Of a stretch of 64,000 nucleotides of DNA, positions 47,674 through 61,941 are shown one piece after another. Source of the stretch: Octopus vulgaris (Eukaryota); the NCBI GenBank assembly GCA_951406725.2, contig OX597837.1, positions 19,158,001-19,222,000 of the forward strand. Reading direction: 5' to 3'. A program made the position numbers and the translations under genes. The stretch's first letter is position 1. Each line of letters starts with the position of its first letter. The notes beneath the pieces are model-generated. The model worked only from the letters and a program-made list of their open reading frames with translations. It was not told the origin of the DNA and did no database searches.

Positions 47674-48981
47674 ATAACACCCTAATGGGGGTCTTAACTC
47701 CCAAATTTTAGTCATTTCTTTTATGATCCAAAACTAGGTCAAAAGTACTGAATGGATCATTATGAAATTTGGAAATTATATTCTATGCATAAGGGCCATA
47801 ACCTCCATGACAAGTCATATATTTGTGCTGTTGATGAAATTTTAACCACAGATATTAGACACAAATGAAGTAATATTTATAAAATTTCATCTTCTTATAA
47901 GTTAGAAAGACCCCTCCATGGGGATAACACCCACAATTTTGTCCCTTTATCTAAGCAAAAACGAATACAGTTGTGCTCTTGGAAGCTGTAGGGTTACCCG
48001 AGCATAAAACATGAGCATTATTTGTAATTCAATGGTACAACAGTGTAACAGTTTGCTTTGACATACACTTACATTGTGATTTCTGCAATGTGGTGCATAA
48101 ATTGTCAAGTAAATGAGAGGCATCTTTGCCTCCAGTGATTCAGTTGCAAAATGTTGAGTAAGGTTATTTGATTGCAGACCTCCTTTCAGTCTTTTTATTA
48201 TCACTGGGTCACACATAGTCCCCAGATGGTAACATTGATTTCAAGGCCTTCCCAGATGAGTGGCTGGTTATTCAAAGACATTTATAGATTGTAAATTTAT
48301 TCTGTCCAGTTACGTATCAGTATAGTGGTCATTTGCAAAATCCAGAGGTGACATTTTCATTTCTCCTTAGCCCTCACATCACACAGTTGTTGAGGTTTAT
48401 TTCAGTTGGGTCACGCCCTTCCAACTGCTACAGATTCGTAATGCATCTTACGTCTGCGCCTGTCACCTGGATGGCGAGGAATCCTACATTGGGAGTGGTA
48501 ACGACTAGGGTAGGGTAGCTGACTGCTTATTGTGATCATTCGTCTTTTGGTTTCCTGTAGCTTTGTTCTCTCTTACAAACCCAGTGAACATATATTTCCT
48601 ATTTCAAAGAAATTCAAACAATAGATATAAGACCTAAGTTAAAAAAGATTCTCAACAATTCAACTTCTCTGCTTGACATTAAGATACTCACCCCCAACAG
48701 GGGCCTTAATTCTCACATTTTAGAGCTCCATGACCTTCATTTTTCAGGTGCAAAATCCTTTTAACAGGTTCAATAAGACTGGAATTTTGGAATATACGCA
48801 TAAAAATCAGTAGTATGGGATACATGTGTTATGATTACAATTTTTTTAGGGTGTGTAAAGAGGGAAATAACCCTCATCTGCAATTTTGTTGAAATTCGAA
48901 ACATAGATATTCCAGTTCATTACAGAAAAGTCTAATTCTTCAATTGCATGTAAAACTGGCAACGCCGGGTATCTCTGATAG
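47669..48981 (+). mobile_element. Helitron-like element, possibly with a decayed Rep N-terminal remnant
   Basis: A|TCTATATAA start; 3' GGCAACGCCGGGTATCTCTGATAG|T; internal QCGA..NER..FSCK..KV and KIQ-GDIFH-like fragments. Confidence 0.6.
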
Positions 48982-49037
48982 TATATATATGTATATTTAT
49001 ATATATATATCATATGATATGATATTTATATATGTAA

Positions 49038-49096
<59 letters not shown>

Positions 49097-49109
49097 ATCT
49101 ATATATATT

Positions 49110-49504
49110 CTTTTTTCTTTTACTTGTTCCAGTCATCTGACTGTGGCCATGCTGGAACACCGCTTTTTAGTCGAACAATTCGACCCCAGGACTCATTCTT
49201 TGTACTTATTCTATCGGTTTCTTTTGGCGAACCGCTACGTTACAGGAACATAAACACACCAACATCAGTTGTCGAGCGATGGTGGGAGTACAAACTCAGG
49301 AACACAAATACGCACCCATCCAACCAGCCAACACACACATATACGACGGGTATCTTTCAGTTTCCGTCTACCAAATCCACTCACAAGTCTTTGGTCGGTC
49401 CGAAGGTGTATTAGAAGATACTTGCCCAAGTTTTCCCGCAGTGGGAGTGAACCCAGTACCATATGGTTTTTAAGTAAACTACTTACCACATAGCCACGTC
49501 TGCG

Positions 49505-49508
<4 letters not shown>
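49110..49508 (-). mobile_element. Family A SINE
   Basis: Collinear reverse-complement match. Confidence 0.88.
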
Positions 49509-49559
<51 letters not shown>

Positions 49560-50079
49560 GTATGTATGTATACAATAGTAATTATATAATAATATATCAT
49601 AATAATAATATATATATAATCAGATTAAAGCAACTCTTTTCTGAGAAACTGACCGAAAAATGATGAGCTAACTTCCAGCTAGAATCAAACCTCCAGTTTT
49701 TTTAAGAAATATTATACATGGAATATATATGCGCTGAGAAGTACGACACGTAACCAAATTTCAGACTTTGTATGAAATCCCCGAATTTACTCCTATACTT
49801 AATGAGGTACGACGTGAGACATGAACCCAAGCTTGTATAGCGTGCCGTGTACTTTCATGCAATTATTTACAGTCAAAATACAAAATGACTTCTGTTTGAA
49901 GAAAAGCAATAAAGAACGTGAAAGAACGTGAAGTTAGAAAAGTGGAATGAAAGAAACGAAAATGGAAACGCAGATGAAAGTAAATAAGAGATGCGTCTTT
50001 TGTCTCTTTAAAATGGGAACTAATATAGTTGATGCAGTTAATTCAACAGGGAAAGGTTAAAGTTTGTGAGGCTGCGTGC

Positions 50080-50720
50080 TTACTCCGTAGAGGGTGGTGT
50101 TTTCCAGTTCAATAATAGAAATTTGTTCAGATTCTTACATTTAGTGAAAATTTCGGATATAATATTCAGTAGGCCAGTAAAGTTCTTAGATCTAAAAAGG
50201 ATATGAGATTTTTCGGCTATACATAGCTTGCACCTTCTTGACACATCAACGCATAGCGTGGATCGTTCCACGATGCTCACCATCAAGGAAAGTGTCGTGG
50301 GAGTTCTTTTTTGATGTCTTGACAAAGTGTATATTGGACTACAATGTATTCTGTCTTCTTTTCTATGATAGAAGAGTGTGACTGGAAAAAAGATTTTGTT
50401 GCCATTTGTATTTGTCCAGGAAAAGTATATCTAAAACTACTCTGTTGCTTATCTTTAAAAAAGGGAGGGTATGATTTTAGGGGTACTAAGCTGCTATTTG
50501 TAGCAAGTCCTGTGTTAGTTGCAAACATCTTCGCCGATTCGTTCCAAGTGTTCCAACCGTCAAAGTACAAAGAAAGCTTTACTGAACTCGGTTGCTGAGC
50601 CGAAGGCCAATGTTTTGAAGTTTGTAATGGTTGTCCATTTTAATACAAATGTTTAGCTGACCAATTGATGTTCGAGGACATTCATGAATCAGTTAGTTTC
50701 AATCAACAGCTGTTTCACAT
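50080..50720 (-). mobile_element. Penelope-like element remnant (Naiad-like C-terminus), internally deleted
   Basis: RCKLCIAEKSHILF..LLNIISEIFTKCKNLNKFLL matches the PLE C-terminal CxLCxxEK..LN.R.E..KC.H motif; half hammerhead at 50705-50716. Confidence 0.7.
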
Positions 50721-51327
50721 GTCCTGGTCTTTTGTTGTGGTTGTCGTTATTGTTGTTCTTCAGTCAAGGTCAGCCCTGATCAAGTATAAAGTTTTTTGAT
50801 ATTTTCTAAATTAAAATGAAAATAAAGTACGACTACATTATCCTGTGTACGATATTTTAAAAGGCGGTAGGTTTTGTGGTTATGTGTGTGCATGCATGTA
50901 TGTACATACGTATGGATATATGCAAGTATATGGATGCATATATGCATGCACGTATGTATGTTTACTTTGCACGTGTGCATCTTTACATGCATCATTTTAT
51001 CTTTCACTTGTCTTTGTCATTAGACTGCGGACATAGTGGGAGACAGCCTTAAAGAATTTTTAGTCGAATGTACATACATACGCATGTTCGTATGTATGTA
51101 TGTATGTATGTATGTATGTATGTATGTATGTATGTATGTATGTATGTATGTGTGAATGTATGTATGTGTGCATGTATGCATGTATGTATATATGTGTGTG
51201 TGTATGTACGTACGTACGTAGTATGTATGTACATCATCAAGAGCAAATAACTCCTTTACGTATTTGGACGTAATTGGTCCACATGTATACCTGTACAGAA
51301 TGCACTGTAAGAAAGTGCGATTGATGC

Positions 51328-51375
<48 letters not shown>

Positions 51376-51454
51376 GAAATCGACTAGTTCGGTACTGCTA
51401 TGGTGGGTGAATTGTTGGCTAATGTATGCGGCTCGATTTATGGCCAGTATATAT

Positions 51455-51596
51455 GTCTTGTCTTCAGTCGAATCGCTTGGTTACGAAGACCTGAACAAAC
51501 CATCAGCAGTTGTCAAGCGCTGGTGGGAGATAAACACAAAGACACACAAACACACAGACACACATACGTATACACGTACACACACACACACACGCA

Positions 51597-51685
<89 letters not shown>

Positions 51686-51850
51686 AAACACAAGACAGGC
51701 TTCTTTCAGTTTCTGTCTACCAAATCCACTCGCAAGACTTTGGTCGGCCCAAGGCTATGGCAGAAAATACCCAAGGTTCTGCGCAGTAGGTCTGAACCCA
51801 GAACTATGCTGTTGGGAAGTGACCGTCTTAACACATAACCATGCCTACCC
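51455..51850 (-). mobile_element. Family A SINE, diverged (tail fragment at ~50995-51068)
   Basis: Head, CA tract and body motifs. Confidence 0.75.
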
Positions 51851-52539
51851 CTATATGCATGTGTGGGAGTATATATCGGATATGTGGCTAATATGTACTT
51901 ATATGAATTTCTATGTGTGTGTGTAGATTTTGAGATAAAGTAGGTTGTTAAACTAGACGGCAGTAAGATAACAGGTGAGTAAATTGTTTTTAAGGGACGG
52001 AATAATTGATGTTTTATAAGGATGCATTTGATAGAGGTGTGACATTTCAAATTGTGAGTTCGTGTCTGTGTTTTAACCGCTCTTCAGTGTAACGTGTGTT
52101 TGTGAGTCGGGGTGGTTTTTAAATTGTAGCTATCAAGGTATTCAGTATCGTCTTTGTACATATGTATATACATTCGTTCAAGGGTGAATGAAAGTTCGTT
52201 TCCCCAATCGGGTGGTCATGTGTTCGATGACGCTGCTTAACGTTTTGAGTATGCATCTTTGCGATAGCCAATGGTTGATTGAAAAGTTTGGAGTGAAATG
52301 AAGAAGACGGAAACTGCATAGATGCCTGTGATCCAAAGCAGCAGCTTTGTGACTCACTGTACCATACTCATTTGAGGATTAAGTTAAGGGTACACATGTA
52401 TATATTTGTGTGTGAGTGTGCGTAGATAGGCGCGGGCGGAGCTGTGCGGTAAGAAGCTTGTTTCCCAACAACATGGTGGCGCGTGCAGTGGCACCTTGGC
52501 AAGTTTTTTATCTGTAATCTCGGGCTGACCAAAGCCATG

Positions 52540-52571
<32 letters not shown>

Positions 52572-52639
52572 TGTATGTATGTATGTATGTATGTATGTAT
52601 GTATGTATGTATGTATGCTTGTATGAGCATACATATACA

Positions 52640-52675
<36 letters not shown>

Positions 52676-52694
52676 CATATTACATATATATATA

Positions 52695-53163
<469 letters not shown>

Positions 53164-53206
53164 TATGTATGTATATATATGAATATATATGTATATATAT
53201 ATATAT

Positions 53207-53547
53207 AACATTATTGGTGAATTGAAGAAATGGAGCTGAACGCAGATTGAACAGAAATCGTTTTATTTCATTCTACACGTGTTTCGAAAGGCACAAATTA
53301 CCAAAATCCGATTGAATAATGGTACCATATTGTGTCTTTCTCTTCAGGAAGAAAATAGGAAATCTGTTGGAAAAACAAAAACAGAACAGAGGCGGAGCAA
53401 AAACAAATCGAACTATGCTCCTAAGAGCCCATGGTCCCATTATTCAATCGGATTTTGGTAATTTGTGCCTTTCGAAACACGTGTAGAATGAAACGATTTC
53501 TGTTCAATCTGCGTTCAGCTCCATTTCTTCAATTCACCAATAATGTT
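53207..53547. repeat. Inverted repeat (arms 53207-53328 and 53431-53547)
   Basis: Near-perfect reverse complements with one short indel and one substitution seen. Confidence 0.95.
53266..53354 (-). ncRNA. Type I hammerhead ribozyme, long helix II
   Basis: Minus strand TTTCTTC-CTGAAGA-GAAAG(A)CACAA..TACCA..TGGTA..TTGTG(C)CTTTC-GAAA-CACGTG-TA|GAATGAAA; fully canonical core, GUA site. Confidence 0.9.
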
Positions 53548-53696
53548 TTAATTTCAATTATCCGCACCAACGCACGGTTGCAACACCATATGGTTGTACC
53601 TCCAACCGTGCTGTTTACTGCTGTGATTTTTGCTACTAAGGTATCGGTTAAACTTTTGATTAATCTACTACAAGATTATTCATCTTTCTATTTCAC

Positions 53697-53788
<92 letters not shown>

Positions 53789-53790
<2 letters not shown>

Positions 53791-54196
53791 CGCAAGAGTG
53801 GCTGTGTGGTAAGTAGCTTGCTTACCAGCCACATGGTTCCGGGTTCAGTCCCACTACGTGACATCTTGGGCAAGTGTCTTCTGCTATAGCCCCGGGCCGA
53901 CCAATGCCTTGTGAGTGGATCTGGTAGATGGAAACTGAAAGAAGCCTGTCGTATATATGTATATATATATATGTGTATGTGTGTGTGTTTGTGTGTCTGT
54001 GTTTGTCCCCCTAGCATTGCTTGACTACCGATGCTGGTGTGTTTACGTCCCCGTACATTAGCGGTTCGGCAAAAGAGACCGATAGAATAAGTACTAGGCT
54101 TACAAAGAATAAGTTCCGGGGTCGATTTGCTCGACTAAGCAGCGGTGCTCAGCATGGCCGCAGTCAAATGACTGAAACAAGTAAAAGAGTAAAGAG

Positions 54197-54198
<2 letters not shown>
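53789..54198 (+). mobile_element. Family A SINE, young full-length copy
   Basis: Matches 33209-33620. Confidence 0.95.
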
Positions 54199-54259
<61 letters not shown>

Positions 54260-54261
54260 TT

Positions 54262-54656
54262 CTCTTTACTCATTGCTCTTTTACTTGTTTCAGTCATTTG
54301 ACTGCGGCCATGCTGGAGCACCGCCTTTAGTCGAGCAAATCGACCCCGGAGACTTATTCTTTCGGTACTTATTCTATCGGTCTTTTGCCGAACCGCTTAG
54401 TGACGGGGACGTAAACACACCAGCATCGGTTGTCAAGCAATGCTAGAGGGACAAACACAGACAAACATATACACACACATACACATATATATATACATAT
54501 ATACGACCGGCTTCTTTCAGTTTCCGTCTACCAAATCCACTCACAACGCATTGGTCGGCCCGGGGCTATAGCAGAAGACACTTGCCCAAGATGCCACGCA
54601 GTGGGACTGAACCCGGAAGCATGTGGTTGGTTAGCAAGCTACTTACCACACAGCCA
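54262..54656 (-). mobile_element. Family A SINE, young near-full-length copy
   Basis: Reverse complement of 53800-54198. Confidence 0.95.
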
Positions 54657-54698
54657 TATTTATCTATCTATATATATATATATATGTATATATATGTA

Positions 54699-54781
<83 letters not shown>

Positions 54782-54797
54782 ATATGTATATATACAT

Positions 54798-54860
<63 letters not shown>

Positions 54861-54957
54861 TACACACACATATATATATATGCATATACATATACATATA
54901 TATGCATGTATATATGTATGTATGTATGTATCTATCTATCTACCTATCTATCTATCC

Positions 54958-55027
<70 letters not shown>

Positions 55028-55352
55028 ATATATATATATATATAAAGTTGCCACGTCTCTGAACCATCTTATAAACCCCTCATTAACCCTGCTAAACTCT
55101 TTATAAAATCTGCCAGGATATTTTCTAGAGAAGGCTTTTGAAAAACACGTACATAATCGTCTTTAATTCTGACACGTCAAGGGTTGGCAGCGATTCTTTC
55201 AGAAATTCTGTTTACCGAGTCTTATTGATACAATTCTTAGAACGGTAAATATACCCACAAAGTCTCGAACAATTTCTGTTTTCCCACATCGTCATCCAGT
55301 TTATTCGGAAAACCTCTCATTCCAGTCCCTTAATTCCTTGTTTGCTTTTTTC

Positions 55353-55416
<64 letters not shown>

Positions 55417-55457
55417 GTTATCATTATTATTGTTGTTGTTGTTGTTGTTGTTGTTGC

Positions 55458-55490
<33 letters not shown>

Positions 55491-55516
55491 CATTATTATT
55501 ATTATTGTTGTTGTTG

Positions 55517-55582
<66 letters not shown>
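55353..55582. repeat. (ATT/GTT)n microsatellite
   Basis: Directly visible. Confidence 0.95.
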
Positions 55583-55583
<1 letters not shown>

Positions 55584-55904
55584 AATTTTTCTATCCCGTC
55601 TTCATCCACTGTCATCAGCTCGACCCCACAACCCGTCCGCCAAACCTCTCGTGCTTTGTGCTATTCTTTCATCAACAACCACCTCACCCACGCCACCAGT
55701 CTCACCAACCTTCCCCACACTTCTCTAACCCTTACCACACCCACCGTCTGTTTTCCTTACCATTTCATATTATCTGTTAAAAAAAAGAAAAGAAAGAATT
55801 TTAAATGTTTTACAAGTTTGTTTATTTCTCTATTTTGTTTGTTTTTGCCCCTTTGAAATCTTCAAGACAAAGAATTTTTGGCACTTTACAATATCATCAA
55901 TAAA

Positions 55905-55963
<59 letters not shown>

Positions 55964-55993
55964 CTATACACATGCACATACATATACTGTGCC

Positions 55994-56024
<31 letters not shown>

Positions 56025-56872
56025 CATATATATTTACATACATAGATGCGTAGAAACATACACACACACACACACACTCATATATATATATATAAACATA
56101 GACAAATTGGTATTTCTGTATATGTGAATATTTGTATGTATATATATATATGTATATATTCACATACATATACATATAGGCACACACGCACGAATACATG
56201 CAAGCGTACACACACGAAAATGTATATGTATATATGCACGTATATATGTATATATATATATGTATATATATATGTATACACATACATACACACATACACA
56301 CGCACACACATATATATATATGTACATATATATGTAAATGTTTAGGCGGGATATATAATCCACGCGGGTACCGTGCTCGTCTTATCCGTTAACAATGGTA
56401 GCTAACCTCTATGAATGTAGATAAACTCCAGTTAGTTGAATTTACTGTACTGAATTAATCCTCACTTAGTTAAATCCAAATGTCCTTATAAAGACTGCAT
56501 AGTGTCGGTAGAGCAGCAATAATAGATTAATAAATATTAGGGTAATAGACTTAACAGGTCCAAGTTTTGTTTTACAGTTAAATACATCTTAAATATAGAG
56601 GGCATTAAAACGTTCGGACACATAAACGACACAAAGGCGGACAAGAGAAACAACAATTAGAAGGACGGGCGAAACAGACGGGTCATTCTTGGCTTTCTTA
56701 CTTCAGTCAAGTACCAGAAGTCACGACCATTTCGGACACTTGAGATGGTTCAGTCTGGTTGTCCCCCCAAAGTCTAAGCTAAGAGCATTAGACCCCTTTG
56801 TAAGAAACCTAGCAGATGTGTACGGCAACAACGAGAAAAAAACGGAGAACAAGGTACAGAATAACGAATACA

Positions 56873-56906
<34 letters not shown>

Positions 56907-57690
56907 ACTTTTTTTGCATTATCTTCGTTTTCTTAATATTAATTCTGAATCCACATTTTTTTTTTGCTCTCTGAGCGTTTCTGTTGATTTTTTTTATTGC
57001 TTCTAGAAATGCGTACAAAATCATTAACGAATTTGTGATGATTTAGCATGCATCCATTTATATTTATTCCTTTATCTGAACAGTGTAAGTTTTTAACGAT
57101 ATGTTTTAATACAGATGTGAATAATTTGGGTGATATGGCATCTCCTTGTCTGACTCCTTTTCTAATTTTGATATTTCTCGCTTCGTTGTTTATTGTTGCT
57201 GTAGTTCTACAATAGGTGAACACATCCTCCAATAACTTCACGTAGTTTGCTTAGATTCCGTTTTCGATTCCAGTGCTATTAATATACTACCAATTTCCAC
57301 AGAATCAAAAGCTATCTACAATTTAACAATTGTATATATATATACACGCTGTTATGTTTAGCAACATACCGTTATGGTTTACAGCATAACGATATGTTGT
57401 TAGTCATTTTCCCTTCATTTGGTTTATAGTATTCATGTGGTCTATTGTGCTATAGTTTTCATGAAGCTTCCATATTCTGATGTAGTGTTCTCATCCAGCT
57501 TTCTCTCAATTCTTTCTTATATGATTTATGAGATCTTGTAGATACGTGATAACAGATTGATTGGCCTCTAGTTCTTTAGATTTTTGGCATCCTATTTTTT
57601 TTATAAAGAAAGATCGGTCTTCTCCACTTATCCGGTATCTTATGTTCATGTAGGCATTTTATATATAGAACTTAGTTCCTTTTCTGTGCT
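56907..57690 (-). mobile_element. RTE-clade LINE, RT core (inverted segment)
   Basis: NYRPI-like, STIDH, FDSVE, KGVRQGDAISPKLF, GININGCMLNHHKFVND (LRFADD-like), GFRINIKKTKIM. Confidence 0.88.
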
Positions 57691-57714
57691 TAGTCTAACC
57701 ACTTTTATTACGTC

Positions 57715-58385
57715 GATTTCAATCCTATCTGGATCCATCTACTCACAGATGGGAATGTAGTAATAAATGATGAAATAATTGAACATGTAAAACAATACAC
57801 ATATCTTAGACAAATAATATCCTTAAAGGATAAAAAGACAGAAAAAGGAATTGAACGACGAATACAATTAGCATTGGCAACCTTTGCTAAATTGAATGAC
57901 GTCATGAGCAGTAATTTGCCCATTTGTCTAAAAAGAAAGGTTTCCAACCAGTCTGTGCTGCTTACCATTACGTATGCATCAGAAACATGGATCCAACAGG
58001 TGCGTTGGAAATAGATTAAGATCAATACAAAGAGCCACAGAAAGGAGAATGCGGAAGATTAACAAAATGGATAAGTGGAGAAACAACAGTTTATGAATGA
58101 CAACAAGTTTAACGGTTATTGTCTGGAAAATAAACATTCTGAAATGGTCTTCGGCGAGACATGTATTTAGAAGAAAGGATAATAGATGAAAGCGGAAATT
58201 GACAGCGTAGACACCACGCCCAGAAAGAAGAAGGACGGGAAGACCATGCAGAACTTAGAATGAAGACTTTGTTAAATTCTTCGGCACCCAAGCATGGATG
58301 AGGAAAACATCAGACCATGGTTGGTGGAGTGGACATGCTGAGACATTCGTCCAACAGTGGACTGAATATGTGCAAGGATGGTGAT
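57715..58385 (+). mobile_element. RTE-clade LINE, post-RT C-terminal segment
   Basis: [62 protein letters not shown]. Confidence 0.88.
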
Positions 58386-58444
58386 TCTGGGCGTTAATAT
58401 AGTCTCAGAGAATGTGCATACACTTACAGGTATGCATGCATGTT

Positions 58445-58499
<55 letters not shown>

Positions 58500-58534
58500 A
58501 TAAGTACATACGCATATGTATACTCTCTCTCTCG

Positions 58535-58611
<77 letters not shown>

Positions 58612-59937
58612 GGCAACAGAGTGACTCAAGGTCCGAGAGTTTTGGAACTTGGATCTTGAGTCACTCTGTTGTTTCTGCTAAAAATTAATAAAACTATGCA
58701 TATACTCATATTTTTGAGTTCTAGTTTTCTTGTTTGCACCAACATAACTTTATATACGTACGTATATATATATATATATATATGCAAACATACACACATA
58801 CATCCATACATACATACGTACGTACATATATATATATATACATATATATACATATGCAAACATACACACATACATCCATACATACATACGTACGTATATA
58901 CATACATACAAACACATATTCGTGCGTATATCATGTAGATTATTTTGTGCTCTCCGCGGAGATAAAGAAAAATGCCATTATTTAGTTTTGTTACAACAGA
59001 CGATCGCAACGGTAATTTGCGAAAGATTTACGGAAAAGTAAATCTTTCGCTATATGAACAGCAGAGAGTGAATGCTTTTAAGCGCTGCACTCCCGTATCT
59101 GCCCGTGTATAAGATGCTCTCTCGAATCAGATAAATCTCTATATTTTTCTGGAAGGGAGTATATTTTGTGGGAAAAACAAATTTAGTATGTTTCATTAAA
59201 CTTTCATACATTCGTTATCCCGTCCGCAATACCGTCGCATTAGACGCGTGGTGAATTTTTGTTACATTTAAGAATAAAATATGTTCGTCTTATGCATCGG
59301 CATATGCGTTAATCAATCAAATCATTAAATAGATAAACTCTCAATGTTCTCTATATGTAAATCGAATCGGTCGAGTAAACACACCTTCACTTCATGACAA
59401 TATAAAAATCATCGGCGATATTTTATTTGTGGGCAGATCAAATGTTAGTGTATGTATTTCTCATGAGAATCAAACCAGATTAGGATCCGGTCAGATAAAT
59501 CCCTTTTTTTGTTTTTTTCGTCCTCAGAGAGAAAGAAAATGCGTCTAAACCTATAAGCCGCGATGTTTGTCTGTCTTGAAACAAACAACATGATCATTTC
59601 TCAACGAATGTTTACCAAAACTTGCACACAAATACAAAACCATCCCGCGACATCGCATAAGGTCCGAGATCTCCTTCGGAGTAAAACAGAGAAGAGAAGA
59701 AAAGAAGATAGTGAAGGACTGATAATTGTAATGGAGAAGTAAGCTCTCTCTGTCGTTTCACGCTAGTTCTTGATCCTCTTTCTCTCTTTCTCACTCTCAC
59801 TCATACATTCACACTCACTGCTACTGAGAACAGAAACTGTCACTGTCAATAAAAAAAAGTATTCATTATAGAAATAGTTGTAGCATTTATATATAATATA
59901 AAGAATACAATTAAATCTTACAAAATAGCTATCACGT

Positions 59938-60112
59938 TTCGGCGAGTCGAGATAGCTAGCTTGTAAGGTTAATACGTTCTGAGTTCAAATGTCATCGTAT
60001 ATATCATCCTCTCAGGGTCGACAAAATAAGTACCAGTTGAGTACTGATGTTGACGTAATCGACTTATCTCTAGCCCGAAATTACTGGCCTTGTGCCCAAA
60101 TTTGAAAACAAT
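59938..60112 (+). mobile_element. Family B SINE, decayed
   Basis: GTTCTGAGTTCAAAT, CATCCTCTCAGGGTCGACAAAATAAGTACCAG. Confidence 0.75.
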
Positions 60113-60288
60113 ATTAACATCCACTCACCCCAAAATACATTCATCTCTACTTATCTACCTATACCTGTATATACAGGTGCGGCTGTGCGGTAAGAAGTTG
60201 TGGGTTCAGCGTGGCACTTTGAACAAGTGTTTTCTACAATAACCACGGACTGACCATATGTATACACACACACACACACTCATATATG

Positions 60289-60344
<56 letters not shown>

Positions 60345-60429
60345 AGATAAATAAAAATATATGCATACATACAAACATATATGTACGTACCTACATCTAC
60401 ATGTATATATACATGCATATATAAATAAT

Positions 60430-61340
60430 TATACGGGAGTACAGGACAAAACAATAAGACGTAGAAACGGAAAAAAACAAAAAACAAAAAAACAAGAAAA
60501 CGGAAAACGAAAAACAAGAAAACGAAAAACAAGTACAGGACGAGCTACACAAGGACAAAACCCCCGTCATCAGCTGTTGCTAGAGGAGTCAGGCATGTTT
60601 CGAAGGCATAGACAGAACACTAATCCAATAAGCCTTCCTGCGAGAGAATTTAAATAAAATTCCAAGCAGCGGGGCAGAATGAGTACGAACACTAACAAGA
60701 CGTAACAATAAAACTGCAAAATTAAAATACATGTACAGAAACAAACACACAAGAGGACGAACGAAAAAGCCTTTTTTCTGGCATAGACAAACAATAAAAC
60801 TGCAAAAATAAAAATACATGTACAAATATAAAAATACATAAATACAAAATACATCAAGTACAGGACATCACCAACGAGTGAAAAATATGTAAACAGAAAA
60901 TGAGAGACAAGTGCGGTACAAAATACAACAAGAAATCTAACCCCTCCTCAAACGTCGACTGTTAATTACTCCCTATTTCGAGCTTTCAATGGCAATATAG
61001 GAAAGCTTCATTAAACAGCAGCACCCAGAAATTTTTAAAGAATAAAATTTTTGGAGAGTTAGAGCTTTGAACGAACAAACAACGACAGGGTGGACGTACA
61101 GAGTAAACATTCGACGAAAACAAACATTAAGGGTCGTTAGGCTAAAATGCATTGTGATGGGTAACGTCTGGGAGAGATTTTGAAAGGATAGATAATAAAT
61201 ACAAGAGAAAAAAATAATAGAAGAGAAAAAAAGAGAGAAATAAAAAATGTCGCTAGGTGAGAATAAATGACGTCCAGTTAAGTACGCGTCCAGAAAAGAC
61301 AGAGGTGAGAAAAAAATGGCCTGTAGTCACGTGGGAAGAT
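60430..61340. mobile_element. Two family C-like interspersed repeats
   Basis: GTACAGGAC motifs; collinear with 32795-33155 and 30464-30630. Confidence 0.6.
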
Positions 61341-61451
61341 ATATTCTGTAATATATATAGTCTTCAGACCCTAAATCTGTTTGCCTATGAAGAAATGCTG
61401 TAATGCTCGCTTTATGAATGTGAAACCCAGGGTAACCACATAGACCGGCCA

Positions 61452-61537
<86 letters not shown>

Positions 61538-61546
61538 CCTATCTAC

Positions 61547-61614
<68 letters not shown>

Positions 61615-61629
61615 ATATCTATTTAGCTT

Positions 61630-61941
61630 AGAAAGAATGAGCCAATAGAAAATGAAGGGATGTTGATTTTTACGTGTGTGATTTGTAGGAGGAAACGCTT
61701 GAGTCATGCAAGCCTGGTCAGCCATCAGAGAGGTCATCTGAATGAACCCCTTGTAAATTGTGATACGGCTATTGTTCACAGCAGAACTTGGGCAACCTGT
61801 GGAAAGGTGTGCCTTTCAGCTTGGAGGATTGAAAAAGGCATATCAAAAGACTTCATACTGTGACACCTGTTCTTTCTGCCAGCCAGCACAACTGTGTATT
61901 ATGCAATAAAATGTGCAAATGCGTGATGATGATGATGATGA
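61630..61941 (+). mobile_element. RTE-like LINE 3' end with C2H2 remnants and (TGA)n tail
   Basis: FTCVICRRKRLSHASLVSHQRGH..TCGKVCLS; TGATGATGATGATGA tail. Confidence 0.65.

Noticed and set aside
49790-49842. CTTAATGA..GAACC-CAAGCTTG-TA hammerhead-like motif
   Set aside because: Both core boxes are damaged; indistinguishable from chance.
50700-50770. Complete minus-strand hammerhead using CTGAAGA at ~50757-50763
   Set aside because: Helix I does not pair, and the box appears to come from an adjacent unrelated repeat; only the 3' half is retained as an observation.
61660-61863. Host C2H2 zinc-finger gene
   Set aside because: The fingers are degenerate and followed by a (TGA)n tail, consistent with a LINE 3' end.
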